64,000 bases of DNA. Source: Eledone cirrhosa (taxonomy: Eukaryota). The notes beneath the pieces were generated by a model. The model was not told the origin of the DNA, did not search any database, and saw nothing but the letters and a program-made list of their open reading frames with translations. Below, piece by piece: positions 40,775 through 51,690 of this stretch (its first letter is position 1; every line of letters begins with the position of its first letter). Both the position numbers and the translations under genes were made by a program. The stretch spans positions 97,464,001-97,528,000 of the forward strand of contig OZ024742.1 in the NCBI GenBank assembly GCA_964016885.1, written 5' to 3'.

Positions 40775-41645
40775 CAAGATGAAGCACAAGTGTATTTATA
40801 TACATATAAAAATGAGAAAACTCATCACTTGAATAGCCATTAAAACAGCCAAATTAAAGATAGCAATGTGCAAAAATGCCTCAGAGGACAGAGACCACCA
40901 GCCAATGGTCGACATAGAGAAAATCCATGAGGTGGGTGACAGGTAGATAAAATATAGAAACGATTGAAAGAGGAGGAGAACAAAGAGATGTGTATTGGTA
41001 CAAAGAAGTGACTGGAAGAAGGAAATAAAGAAAGGCGATGTTTAAAACAAGTCCACACACACATCCTCACCCTCATCAGCTCTCAACCCCAGAAAATGGT
41101 TTTGCACGATTTGATTGTGAGTACTATGTTAGCATGCTGGATCATATAGCAGAAACATAAATCTTTCTGCTAGTATAATGTGTGTGTGTGTGTGTGTGAT
41201 AATACAAAGAGCACAGATAGAAGGATGGAAGAAGACAAAGAAAAGAAAATAACAGGATAGTGGACCTCAAGCTGTGGTATCTGTCCTAAAGGGAAAACTA
41301 ATCATAGCTATGATAAAGTTAAATAGAAAACATTGTTGTACCTGATCGAGACAAAGCACGAGTGAATTTAAATACATATAAAAATGAGAAAAGTCTTTGC
41401 CAGTATAGCCGTTAAAACAGTCAAATGCTGTCAAAGACAACAATGGGCAAAAATGCCTCACAAGACAGAGATACAATCCATGAGGTGGGTGACAGGCAGA
41501 TGAAATATAGAAAAGATTGACAAAGGAGGAGAATGAGAAGAAGTGTGTTGGTACAGTGACTGGGAGAAGGAAATAAAGAAAGGCAATGTACATGACAAGT
41601 TTCCTCACACACATCTTCACACTCATCAGCATCAAACCAGCAGAA
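40775..41645 (-). repeat. Two diverged ~300-bp direct repeats (~40775-41090 and ~41345-41645)
   Basis: Shared blocks TACATATAAAAATGAGAAAA, AATCCATGAGGTGGGTGACAGG, GAAGGAAATAAAGAAAGGC and CTCATCAGC. Confidence 0.75.
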
Positions 41646-42879
41646 ATTTGCTGAATCAGAGATGATCTCGGACTAAACAACAACGTCAATAATCAGACCA
41701 CCATATTACAAGCCATATTAGATTAAATGATACAATTCTCATCTGAGCAAGGGGAATCTGTTGATCACATCTTGTCACTTGAATGACAATGATAATGTAC
41801 AACCTAGGGGTTAATGCACGAGGCTCACAGTTGTAATATCATGGGTTTGATCATTGGAAAGGGTGGAATTTTGTGGCCTTGAGCAAAACTCTTCATTTCA
41901 TATTTTTCAGACCTGAGACGGAAAAAAAAAGAAGACATACCACCTGCTATTGGAGGATCAACTGCAAGAGACAAATGTTCCTTCTTGACATGGTGAATCA
42001 TGTCTTCTCGGGTGTTTAATGCCTCCTACAACAAATTAGTTTCTCTTCTAGGTGGGCTCATTGCCAGGCTTTGGTGCTTGGATTTGAGGGCAAGTGGGGC
42101 TTGGGGAAATATAATTCATAAAAATGCTAAGGCAGAGCTTCGGAATAATCATATCAATGAGCATTTTTCTAAATCTGAGAGGGCACCATTGAAAATTAAG
42201 AGGTCATCTACTTTTTCCCTTATCACAACATCAGATAAAATATCATTTCAAATCTTTACATTCTGATTCCAAATCCTGCCAAGGTTAACTTTTCCTAACT
42301 GGTTCAACAAAATAATGTAGCAATCAAATATTGAGGTCGATATAATCAATTTTCCTCTCTCTCGCTCTCTCCACAAATGCTGGCCTTGTGCCTAAATCAG
42401 AAACCATTATTTTCATTGACAATTTTTTTTGTTGTAGTGGTAGTGTCAGTGATATTGTTTTCCTTGGTAATCATGGAATGTGGATTTTTTTTTTGTATGC
42501 TAAAAAATAAATATTTCAATTTGGTCTCTTCTGATTTTCCTAGTGTTAGTTTTTGTTATTGTTTTAGCAGTGGTGGTGGTAGAAGCAAGATTAACAGTTG
42601 TCATTGCTGGAAAATAGTTGCTATTGGGGCAGAGAGAGAATGGCAAAACCAGGTGACAATTTATTCCCTTCCCTCGATGGTGTTGGTTAGTTGGAGCCAA
42701 ATTTGATGTAACTTTGGAAAGAAAATCTGATAAACACAGATTTTCAATCTTAAGGGCCAGAAATTTAAGGTCTTTCCTTTTATGAAATCAAATTGTTTAC
42801 TCACAATATCTGCTAATAATTTCAAAAGTAAAAATTACATTGATGACAGGTAACAAATGATGAAACACAGGTGTTGGAA

Positions 42880-43172
42880 TGAAACACATGTAAACATGTA
42901 CTATAAAGGTTGTCCCGATTGTCATAGAAACACTAGGTACTAACTCGAAGAGTTTTCAAGGATGGTTAAAGAATATTAGTCCAGCCCCTCTTTTGGAACA
43001 CTTCAAAAGGCATGCTTGCTGGGAACAGCAAGAACTCTCCGATATGTCCTGAATATCTGAGGTACAGGTAGTGGCTTGATATTCATTTGAACAAATTTTC
43101 CAGTTAAATAACATCAATGACCGAGTCCCCAAGAAAATAGTAATAATAGTAATAATATTAACAATAATAATA
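42880..43172 (+). mobile_element. R4/Dong-clade non-LTR retrotransposon 3' end (RLE C-terminus + (TAA)n tail)
   Basis: IKVVPIVIETLGT..FQGWLKNI....(L)QKACLLGTARTLRYVLNI* resembles the 'QK.ALLGTA.ILR.VL*' C-terminus of R4/Dong; ends in (TAA)n. Confidence 0.7.
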
Positions 43173-43361
43173 ATTGTTTCTACTTTTGGCACACGGCCAG
43201 CAATTACCCAGTACATTACTGGTACTTTATTTTATCGAACCCTTAAGGATGAAAGGCAAAGTTGACCTCGGTGGGATTTGAACTCAGAATGGAAAGGGCC
43301 GTAATTCTATGCATCAAAGCATGACGTCCGACCCTCTACCGATACTGCCAATCCACCGCCA
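43172..43361 (-). mobile_element. Family-A SINE, full length
   Basis: Reverse complement of the 325-512 element, including the head CCAATCCACCGCC. Confidence 0.85.
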
Positions 43362-43369
43362 TTAACAAT

Positions 43370-44565
43370 AATAATAATGTTTTCTTTATTGGCCCCAAAG
43401 GGTTTACTTAAGAAATATGTTATTGAGAGCACAGGATGATATAATGTGGGTTTCTGCATTTAAAAATGAGTTTAAAACAAAAACAAAGGATGTAACAAAA
43501 AAATAGGAACAAAATTATTCTCCAATAGGGTAAGACATCCAGGGGTTACTCATAGAGAAAGCCCACAAAAGCCATAGTCACCCTGACCATCAGTGCATGT
43601 GCCCTCTCCCAGGTGTGTGTGCCCCCCTCCCCCCACCTCAATCTACAGGCACACACTTAAAGCAGGCCTTTTCATTCTGGCCCTTCTCGTCTCTTACACC
43701 CACCTCTCAAAAAATTGCTTTGAAGGCAGCACTTCCTTCTCCACCCTGATTTTCCTCTTCACCTGAAGAAATTAATCAGGGGATCACCGAAAAAGAAAGT
43801 GCCTGTGTTCAACCTTTTCAGATGCACCCACCATATGACCTCTTTTGCTATGGCCACCAGACAGATAAAAACAGCCTTCACTTCCTAGCTAAGAAGGGCA
43901 GTGGGGCGAATTTGACAATGGATTCAGTTGACATTTAGATCCATCCCATACATGTCAGCAGATGTTTGATATAAACCAACAGCCCAGCAATACTTGATAA
44001 CTGGACGAGTGCAAGCACGACGGTTTTTTTCACCCTGTGCGCATCTCAGATATACCTGGCTGATGGCACATTCATGGCTGTAGAGCATATCTCGGAATGG
44101 CAATGTTCCCTGGTAGCACCACCAGTTCAGGGATTTCTGGAAATTATCTATAGGCTGTGGACCAAAAGTCCTGGAGAAAAGAATGGCTAATTCATTTTCA
44201 TTGATGCCCAGAGATTCCCTAAGAATGCCATAGCTTTTAATCATCATTAAATGCCTATAGAATGCCAAGGTAGAGTTTCCACCGATCGTAATGCGCAATT
44301 GGCTGAGGGCTGTGAGCACCTGAAGACATTATAGCCACCAAGTGCTCCCCTTAGGTCTCTGCTTGACCAAGGATTGCAGCTTCATCAAAGAGATGAGGTG
44401 GGGAATAAACATACCTAGCAAATGGCAGCTACACCTGTTTACATTTTCAAGAAAAGCTGGAGATATTGTAGCCTTAGTATATGTCTGTGCATCATCAGCT
44501 ATGGCATGGCCAGTCCTCCACGCAGCGGATTTTGACAGCAGAAGGACCACATCCCTTCCATAAAA
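43370..44565 (-). mobile_element. Old Tx1/L1-clade LINE 3' fragment (same family as 62205-64000)
   Basis: NFQKSLNWWCYQGTLPFRDMLY.H.....C.RC zf-RVT-like motif; 3' UTR ending GTAAACCCTTTGGGGCCAATAAAGAAAACA(TTA)n. Confidence 0.8.
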
Positions 44566-44820
44566 AGCGATACTACCAATAATAATTGTTTCTACATTTG
44601 GCACAATGCCAGCATTTACTCCAGTGCATTACTGGTGCACTGATGTAATTGCTGGGCTTCTGCCAAAAAGAGAAACAATTATGTTCTGTGTTCATATCCT
44701 TCCGAGGTTAGCTTTTCTTCTCTCTCTCCTTCTTACGGGATCGATAAAATAAAGTACCAGTAGAGCACTGTGCCTAAATCAGAAACCACTATTATAATGT
44801 TCGCTCGTCTAACAACACAT

Positions 44821-44946
44821 AATAATAATAATAATAATGAAATTATTGTGTACAGTGCTCAGGTGCACTACAACTCATCAAAGGTGCATGTATAGTACAT
44901 AGAATAATGTACAAATGTCAGGAAAATGAACAGTGCATGAGTCATG

Positions 44947-44997
<51 letters not shown>

Positions 44998-45629
44998 AAT
45001 ATTGTGTACAGTGCCCAGGTGCACCACAACTCATCAAAAAGTGCATGTACAGTACATAGGGCAATACACAAACATCAGTAAAATGAACAGTGCACGAGTC
45101 ATGATACACACATGTGTGCATGTGTATGGAAGGGGTACATCAGGTGTAGTTTTGGTGTATTTCGGGAAGCATGAGTGTCTTAAAGGATGCAGTGTCTCAG
45201 CAGCTAACAACTGACGCAGGCAATTTGTTCCATGCTTCAGCAACTCTGAGCGTGAAAAAATGTCTACGAAAGTCATGGGAGCTGTGCTGTTTTCTGATTT
45301 TGTAGGCATGTCCACGTGTGTTAGACACATGGAGATGAAAAAGGTGCTCAGGGTTGCAATTGGCGAGATGGTTAATAACTTTGTGGGTATTCACCAAGTC
45401 CATTGCCAGACGTCGGAGCTTCAATGAATCCATGCCCAGGGAAGCAAGGCGTTCAGAGTATGGTAGGTGTCTGATGGAGGGTATGCGTTTGGTTGCACGT
45501 CTCTGAACAGTTTCCAGGAGGTCAATGTTCTGAGCAAGATAGGGGTTCCAGACTGATGATGCGAATTCCAAGTGTGGTCGTACCATAGCTGTATACAGTT
45601 TTAAATAGATGGCTGGAGAGCGGCTAACA
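44821..45629 (-). mobile_element. CR1-clade LINE 3' fragment with a second copy of its 3' terminus
   Basis: LYTAMVRPHLEFASSVWNP..LETVQRRATKRIP..YSERL..L..L..RR..DL..TRGH..FF..RV..WN.LP is the classic CR1 ORF2 C-terminus; (TTA)n tails at ~44821 and ~44951. Confidence 0.88.
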
Positions 45630-45684
45630 TATATATATATATATAACAAAGGCTAACAAAGGGCTAACATGTTAATAAATATAA

Positions 45685-46502
45685 GGGTTTCTGATTTAGG
45701 CACAAGGCCAACAAGTTTTGGGAAAAGGAAAGTCAATTAAATCGACTCCAGTGCATTACTGGTACTTTATTTTACCAACCCTGTAAGAATGAAAGGCAAA
45801 ATCTATCCTAAGCAGGATTTGAAATCAGAATGTAAAGGGACGTAAATCTATGCCACAAAGCATATGTTCAATGCTCTAATGATACTGCCAATAATAATAA
45901 TAATAATTGTTTCTGATTAATGCATAAGACCAACAATTTTGGAGGAGGGCGAAGTCGATTAAACCGACCCAAGTGCATTACTGGTACTTTATTCTATCAA
46001 CACCATACGGATGAAAGGTAAAGCTGATCTCGGTGGGATTTGAAATCAGAATGTATAGGGATGTACTATATGCCACAAAGCATGTCTGATGCTCTAACAA
46101 TACTGGTGGATTGGCAGTATTGGTAGAGGGTTGGACGCCATGCTTTGACGTATTGAGTTACGGCCCTTGCCATTCTGAGTTCAAATCCCACCGAGGTTAA
46201 CTTTGCTTTTCATCCTTACGGGGTCGATAAAATAAAGTACCAGTATTACACTGGTAATTGCTGGCCTTGTGCCAAAAGTAGAAGCACTTATTACTAATAA
46301 CAACAACAACAACAACAATAATAATTATTTCTACATTTGGCACAAGGCCAACAATGATCCCAGTACATTACTGGTGCTTTATTTCATCGACCCCTTAAGG
46401 ATGAGAGGCAAAGTTAACCTCGGTGGGATTTGAAATCAGAATGTAAAGGGATGTAGCTACATGCCACAAAGCATGTTGTCTGATGCTTTAACAATACTGC
46501 AA
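45685..46502. mobile_element. Cluster of four family-A SINEs (-, -, +, -)
   Basis: ~45685-45895 (-), ~45905-46104 (-), ~46105-46292 (+, head-to-head junction), ~46325-46502 (-). Confidence 0.8.
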
Positions 46503-46724
46503 ATATTATTAATAATGATAATAATAATATTAGTGATAACAACAACAATAATAATAACAGCAATAAAAATAATCAATCCTAAAAGCACTATGTCACAGCA
46601 AATTTGAAAGAATTACTACACAGCTAAAAGCTGTAGTTAAATGTTTACAATCAACATTTTTTTATCATCCCTTAAGGCTAAGAAAATAATGCTATGATTG
46701 GAAATTATTGAAAAAATAGTTTGA

Positions 46725-46758
<34 letters not shown>

Positions 46759-46766
<8 letters not shown>

Positions 46767-47177
46767 AGATCAAAAGATGGTTAAAGGAGTTCCATGTATT
46801 TTATTATGCGCATTTCAAAAACAAACATCATCATGCAATACTATTTGTGTTTTCATCAGATAAAAGAGGAGAACATGATATGAAGGCTAAAAAACACTTG
46901 TGGCTAGTGCAGTTTTAAATCAACATATGTTGATTTAAAACTGCACTATCCACAAGTGTTTTTTAGCCTTCATATCATGTTCTCCTGTTTTATCTGATGA
47001 AAACACAAATATTATTGCATGATGATGTTTGTTTTTGAAATGCGCATAATAAAATACATGGAACTCCTTTAACCATCTTTTGATCTTATATTATGTATAC
47101 TCCAGTCCTACAAACTGTAGAGTGCTTCTTATCCGATATCTGCATTGCTTTATTGTACTACAATAAAACTTACCTCC

Positions 47178-47180
<3 letters not shown>
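46759..47180 (+). mobile_element. Spacerless 336-bp palindrome (46759-47094) + 86-bp tail, hammerhead-bearing, inserted in (TA)n; Penelope-like inverted pLTR structure
   Basis: Arms mirror about 46926/46927 (CAACAT|ATGTTG) with 3 mismatches; (TA)n on both sides. Confidence 0.8.
46988..47054 (+). ncRNA. Minimal type I hammerhead ribozyme (mirror copy on the minus strand at 46799-46865)
   Basis: Stem I TTTTAT/ATAAAA; intact core CTGATGA (46994-47000); long stem II AAACACAAATATTATT..GATGATGTTTGTTTTT; GAAA; palindromic TGCGCA; AUA triplet, cleavage after 47048. Confidence 0.75.
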
Positions 47181-47218
<38 letters not shown>

Positions 47219-47228
<10 letters not shown>

Positions 47229-49182
47229 GAAATGACAGGAGGCTGGATTTGTGTAAATCCTTGAAAGGTTTATTATACTATGATCATTTCAATGACCGGG
47301 TTCCGTATGAATCCGGTGATATCATCAGGTATTCGAAATATAATACGTGAATGTAATAGGTAAAATCCATGGGGCTGAAAATCGAGACCCGAGGGCGACC
47401 GCTATTCTGTTCCTTCAACCTCAGCCGGTCGCCCTGGAGTGACGTGGCTAAATTTTATAGTATGCTACTACCGGTCAGATGAACGAAAACAGAAAGAGAT
47501 GGGAGCATAGGTTAACGTCGATCCCATGACACAAGGTAAAAGAAAGAAAGAAAGGAAGGAGAAGAAGGGGGAAGAAAGAAGTAGAGAAGTCAGGGTTAAT
47601 GTCAGCTAAAAGAGGAAGGTAACTACTACTGGTCAGATATAGGCAAGCAAGAGGGGGAAGGAATATAAGTCTGCAGGGAGGAGGAGAGGAGAGAAGGAAG
47701 GGAAGAGAGAAGTAGAAAAGTAAGGGTTGATGGCTACAAGAAGGAAGATAGAAAGGAAGAGGAAGAAAGGTCGATATTAATGTCAGACCACAGTCAAGCC
47801 AGGAGTGACGCGAGAAAATTTTCACAGGGACCCGCATCTTAGCGGAGATGGATATATTGGGAGTCAGTGGTTTACAGTGTTTAGACTTCTAGGATGAAGT
47901 TAAAAAAATTTAATAATCAATATTCAATATTAAAGAGGTTAGAAAATTTAAAGTTCAACAGTTTAACAATTAATTATATAATAGTTCCGATTTGTTCTGT
48001 AATTTAAAGGTACTATTTGGCGGTTAAAACAACGGCCGCGCCCCGGGCCCCATGGCGAATTAAGCCACGCCGAGTATTTTCATTTACTGAAAGAAGGGGA
48101 AATTTATTTTTCCAAGCACTCTAGGTGAGCTCGTTCACCTAGAGTGCTTGGAAAAATAAATTTCCCCTTCTTTCAGTAAATGAAAATACTCGGCGTGGCT
48201 TAATTCGCCATGGGGCCCGGGGCGCGGCCGTTGTTTTAACCGCCAAATAGTACCTTTAAATTACAGAACAAATCGGAACTATTATATAATTAATTGTTAA
48301 ACTGTTGAACTTTAAATTTTCTAACCTCTTTAATATTGAATATTGATTATTAAATTTTTTTAACTTCATCCTAGAAGTCTAAACACTGTAAACCACTGAC
48401 TCCCAATATATCCATCTCCGCTAAGATGCGGGTCCCTGTGAAAATTTTCTCGCGTCACTCCTGGCTTGACTGTGGTCTGACATTAATATCGACCTTTCTT
48501 CCTCTTCCTTTCTATCTTCCTTCTTGTAGCCATCAACCCTTACTTTTCTACTTCTCTCTTCCCTTCCTTCTCTCCTCTCCTCCTCCCTGCAGACTTATAT
48601 TCCTTCCCCCTCTTGCTTGCCTATATCTGACCAGTAGTAGTTACCTTCCTCTTTTAGCTGACATTAACCCTGACTTCTCTACTTCTTTCTTCCCCCTTCT
48701 TCTCCTTCCTTTCTTTCTTTCTTTTACCTTGTGTCATGGGATCGACGTTAACCTATGCTCCCATCTCTTTCTGTTTTCGTTCATCTGACCGGTAGTAGCA
48801 TACTATAAAATTTAGCCACGTCACTCCAGGGCGACCGGCTGAGGTTGAAGGAACAGAATAGCGGTCGCCCTCGGGTCTCGATTTTCAGCCCCATGGATTT
48901 TACCTATTACATTCACGTATTATATTTCGAATACCTGATGATATCACCGGATTCATACGGAACCCGGTCATTGAAATGATCATAGTATAATAAACCTTTC
49001 AAGGATTTACACAAATCCAGCCTCCTGTCATTTCATTATAATATTTAACACCGTAATAGCACCACCAACTACAAAAACAAAGACGGTTGAACTGCTTTAC
49101 GTTGAGTACTCTCTATATTATTGCATTACGATTGACCATACGGAATAGACCAGCTCTATACAGTGGTGAACCTCAAACCTGA

Positions 49183-49187
<5 letters not shown>
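47219..49187 (+). mobile_element. 1826-bp palindrome (47219-49044; 910-bp arms, 6-nt spacer) + ~143-bp tail, inserted in (TA)n; Penelope-like
   Basis: Mirror coordinates sum to a constant 96263 (ORFs 47475-47837 and 48426-48788 are identical); centre CTAGGTGA-GCTCGT-TCACCTAG; hammerhead-like motif near the arm end. Confidence 0.8.
48931..48988 (+). ncRNA. Hammerhead-like motif, minimal type I with imperfect stem II base (mirror copy at 47275-47332, minus strand)
   Basis: Stem I ATAC/GTAT; CTGATGA (48935-41); stem II ACCGG/CCGGT but U-U at its base; GAAA; palindromic TGATCA; AUA triplet. Confidence 0.55.
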
Positions 49188-49222
<35 letters not shown>

Positions 49223-49249
49223 GTATAGATGTATGTATATTATATATTA

Positions 49250-50736
49250 AAAAAGGGTTGGTTAAGATGGCTTAAGAAGCATTGGGAAAATTTGAAAGGT
49301 AGTTGTCCCAAGGTAAATGACTATAATAATAGTTGAGAAAACTGGGTAAACTACTGCTGGAGTTAGCAAAATGTTGACAGAATCTATGACAGAAATAAAA
49401 AAAAATTCCTGACCTAGAAGCATAACCTGGGATCAAAATATTAAAATCAACTTGGAAAAGACCAACGTTATAGTAAGTATTAAAGAAACAAATGACCTGA
49501 TGCCTTCTGGTTAATGGCCCTGCTCAGTGAGTAGGATAGGGGTGCATATAAATTCCATCCTTTGTCCCAAATGCAATCTATGGGTACACAAGAGATGCAG
49601 TGGGATCTCAGGTAGGTTAGCTAAGACCATAGATTTTGCTAGTGACAGTTGCACAGGAATAGTAAGTCACAACCACTCACAGAAAATAGGTGCTATCAAA
49701 TTATTGGAAGGTTCCGTAGAGGCAATTGATAGTTTATATAACCTGGGTGACAAAATTAGCAGAGGAGGTGGGTTTTCTGAAAGCATAGTAGCTAGAGTGA
49801 GAATGAAATGGAAAAAGTTCAGGGAGCTAGAACCACTGCTAGCTGCAAAAGGTTTTTCCCTCAAAATGAAGGGTAGATCGTATGATTCATGTATATGAAC
49901 AGCAATGTTACATGGTACTGAGACCTTGGCACTGTGTGCAGAGAACCTGCAAAGATTTAAAAGAAAGGAAGCTGGCATCCTTTGAAGGATGTGTAATAGA
50001 AATACATGTGAAAGACAAAGCGAATGATCTGAGAAAGAAATTGGGCATATGACGAATCAGATACAGTGCGCAGGAGAGGAGATTGGACAGGAGATACGTA
50101 TGCCAGATGATAGCTGTATAAAACTGTGCAGGGAACTCGATCTTGATAGAAGCTACGGAGTAGGAAGACCTAAGAAGACATGGGATGAGGTGATAAAATC
50201 TGACAATTACATCTGTCAAGGATTGAGATCTTTGGTGTTATGCAGTAATACAGAAGGCCTGCCTTTCCCTGTGCACATGTTTAAGCATTCATCTCATATG
50301 CACTAATCTTCCCCATCTATACAGTTTAAACGTCCTAACACCCCTCCCTTGATCCGCCCTCTCCTGATAAATGCCCCACAGTAGATCTTCCTCTCCAATC
50401 TCCATGCACCTCTCCCACCTGAGCTCCCAGTCCACTCTGTAAAGTGATCATGTAGGTGGGATGACAAAAAAAAAAGCACCCAGTCCACACAGTAAAGTGG
50501 TCATGTAGGTGTCACAACAAAATCATCCAGTCCACACTGTAAAGTGGTTGTGTAGGTGTCATGATAAAAAACACACAATCCTTTTCTGTAAATATGGTTG
50601 GTTTTTAAGAAAGGCATCCAGCCATGGAAACCAAGCCCAAATCAGTCCGCTTGGTTTACAATGGTAAGACTCACCTAACGCATGCTAGCATGGGAAAATG
50701 TATGCTATATGATGATGGTGATGATAATGATGATGA
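49250..50736 (+). mobile_element. RTE-clade LINE 3' half (decayed)
   Basis: NSILCPKCNLWVHKRCSG (Cys-rich insert), LGDKIS.GGG..ESIVARVR..WKKFREL.PLL, GRPKKTWDEV; 3' UTR tandem units and (GAT)n tail. Confidence 0.85.
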
Positions 50737-51469
50737 TATATACATATATATATATACACACCCACATATATGCACATACACATGCTAAAGCAAAATACAT
50801 TTCATTTCTTGTATTCTATGCTATTTTATGTGTAATAATTCAACACTTAATGTAATTTAGTTCTTTTTATATTTGGAGTGCTTGCACTTTTAGTTAAAAC
50901 ATTTTAAATATTCACAATAATGATAATTCAGCCTCAGGCTAACCCTCTTTCAGCAGGCTTACAATCAAAGCTATTTAAATGCCCTTGTTTATTTTATTTT
51001 CTCAACATAGTGTATCCCGATGTACATTATTCAATAATTTTCAGTTTTTCTTACATTTTTTAAAAATGATTAAATGTAACCAGCAGTTGGACAAATAACA
51101 TGCATGAATAACTCCATCTTCAAGTCTTCCGAATCTAGTGAGGGGTAGGGAGGTATTCATAACCCCTTTTACAAGGCTTCCAAGTCTATTGAGAGGTAGG
51201 AGAACATCCATGACCTCTTTTCCTGGCTTCTAAATCTACTAAGAGTAACAACTGCATCCTTAACTCCTTTTTAAGTCTTCCAAATCTAATGACAGGAAAG
51301 GCAGTACATATGACCATTTTATATAGCTTCCAATTGTGAGGAAGTGCAGAAGTTCTCAGATTGCAAGCATGGATCAAATATCTACAACAGACAGAGCTCC
51401 AGTAATGGCAACCATGGGTGAATTGAGACTATGTTAAAGTAGGTGAAGGATTAACTCTTTCATTACCAT

Positions 51470-51690
51470 ATTTCTGAGTGAAATCGCGTAGTTGGAAACT
51501 GTTTAGAAGCCCATCAGATACCCTATGCCAGTAATTCAAAGGCCAAGTCTCTTCACACTGAATCTCCCTAGGAATTAAATTAAGGGTATCTGTGTTTATG
51601 GAATGTTCAGCCACTTGTCTATTAATTTCATGAACAGGCTTTTCCATTGATCAAACAACTGGAATTGTTGAAACCAACAGAGGTTCATTT
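51470..51690 (+). mobile_element. Family-C SINE-like repeat fragment
   Basis: Similar to 6120-6300. Confidence 0.5.

Noticed and set aside
47475-48788. Duplicated 120-aa hydrophobic ORF
   Set aside because: Translation of the pyrimidine-rich UTR in the two palindrome arms; low complexity
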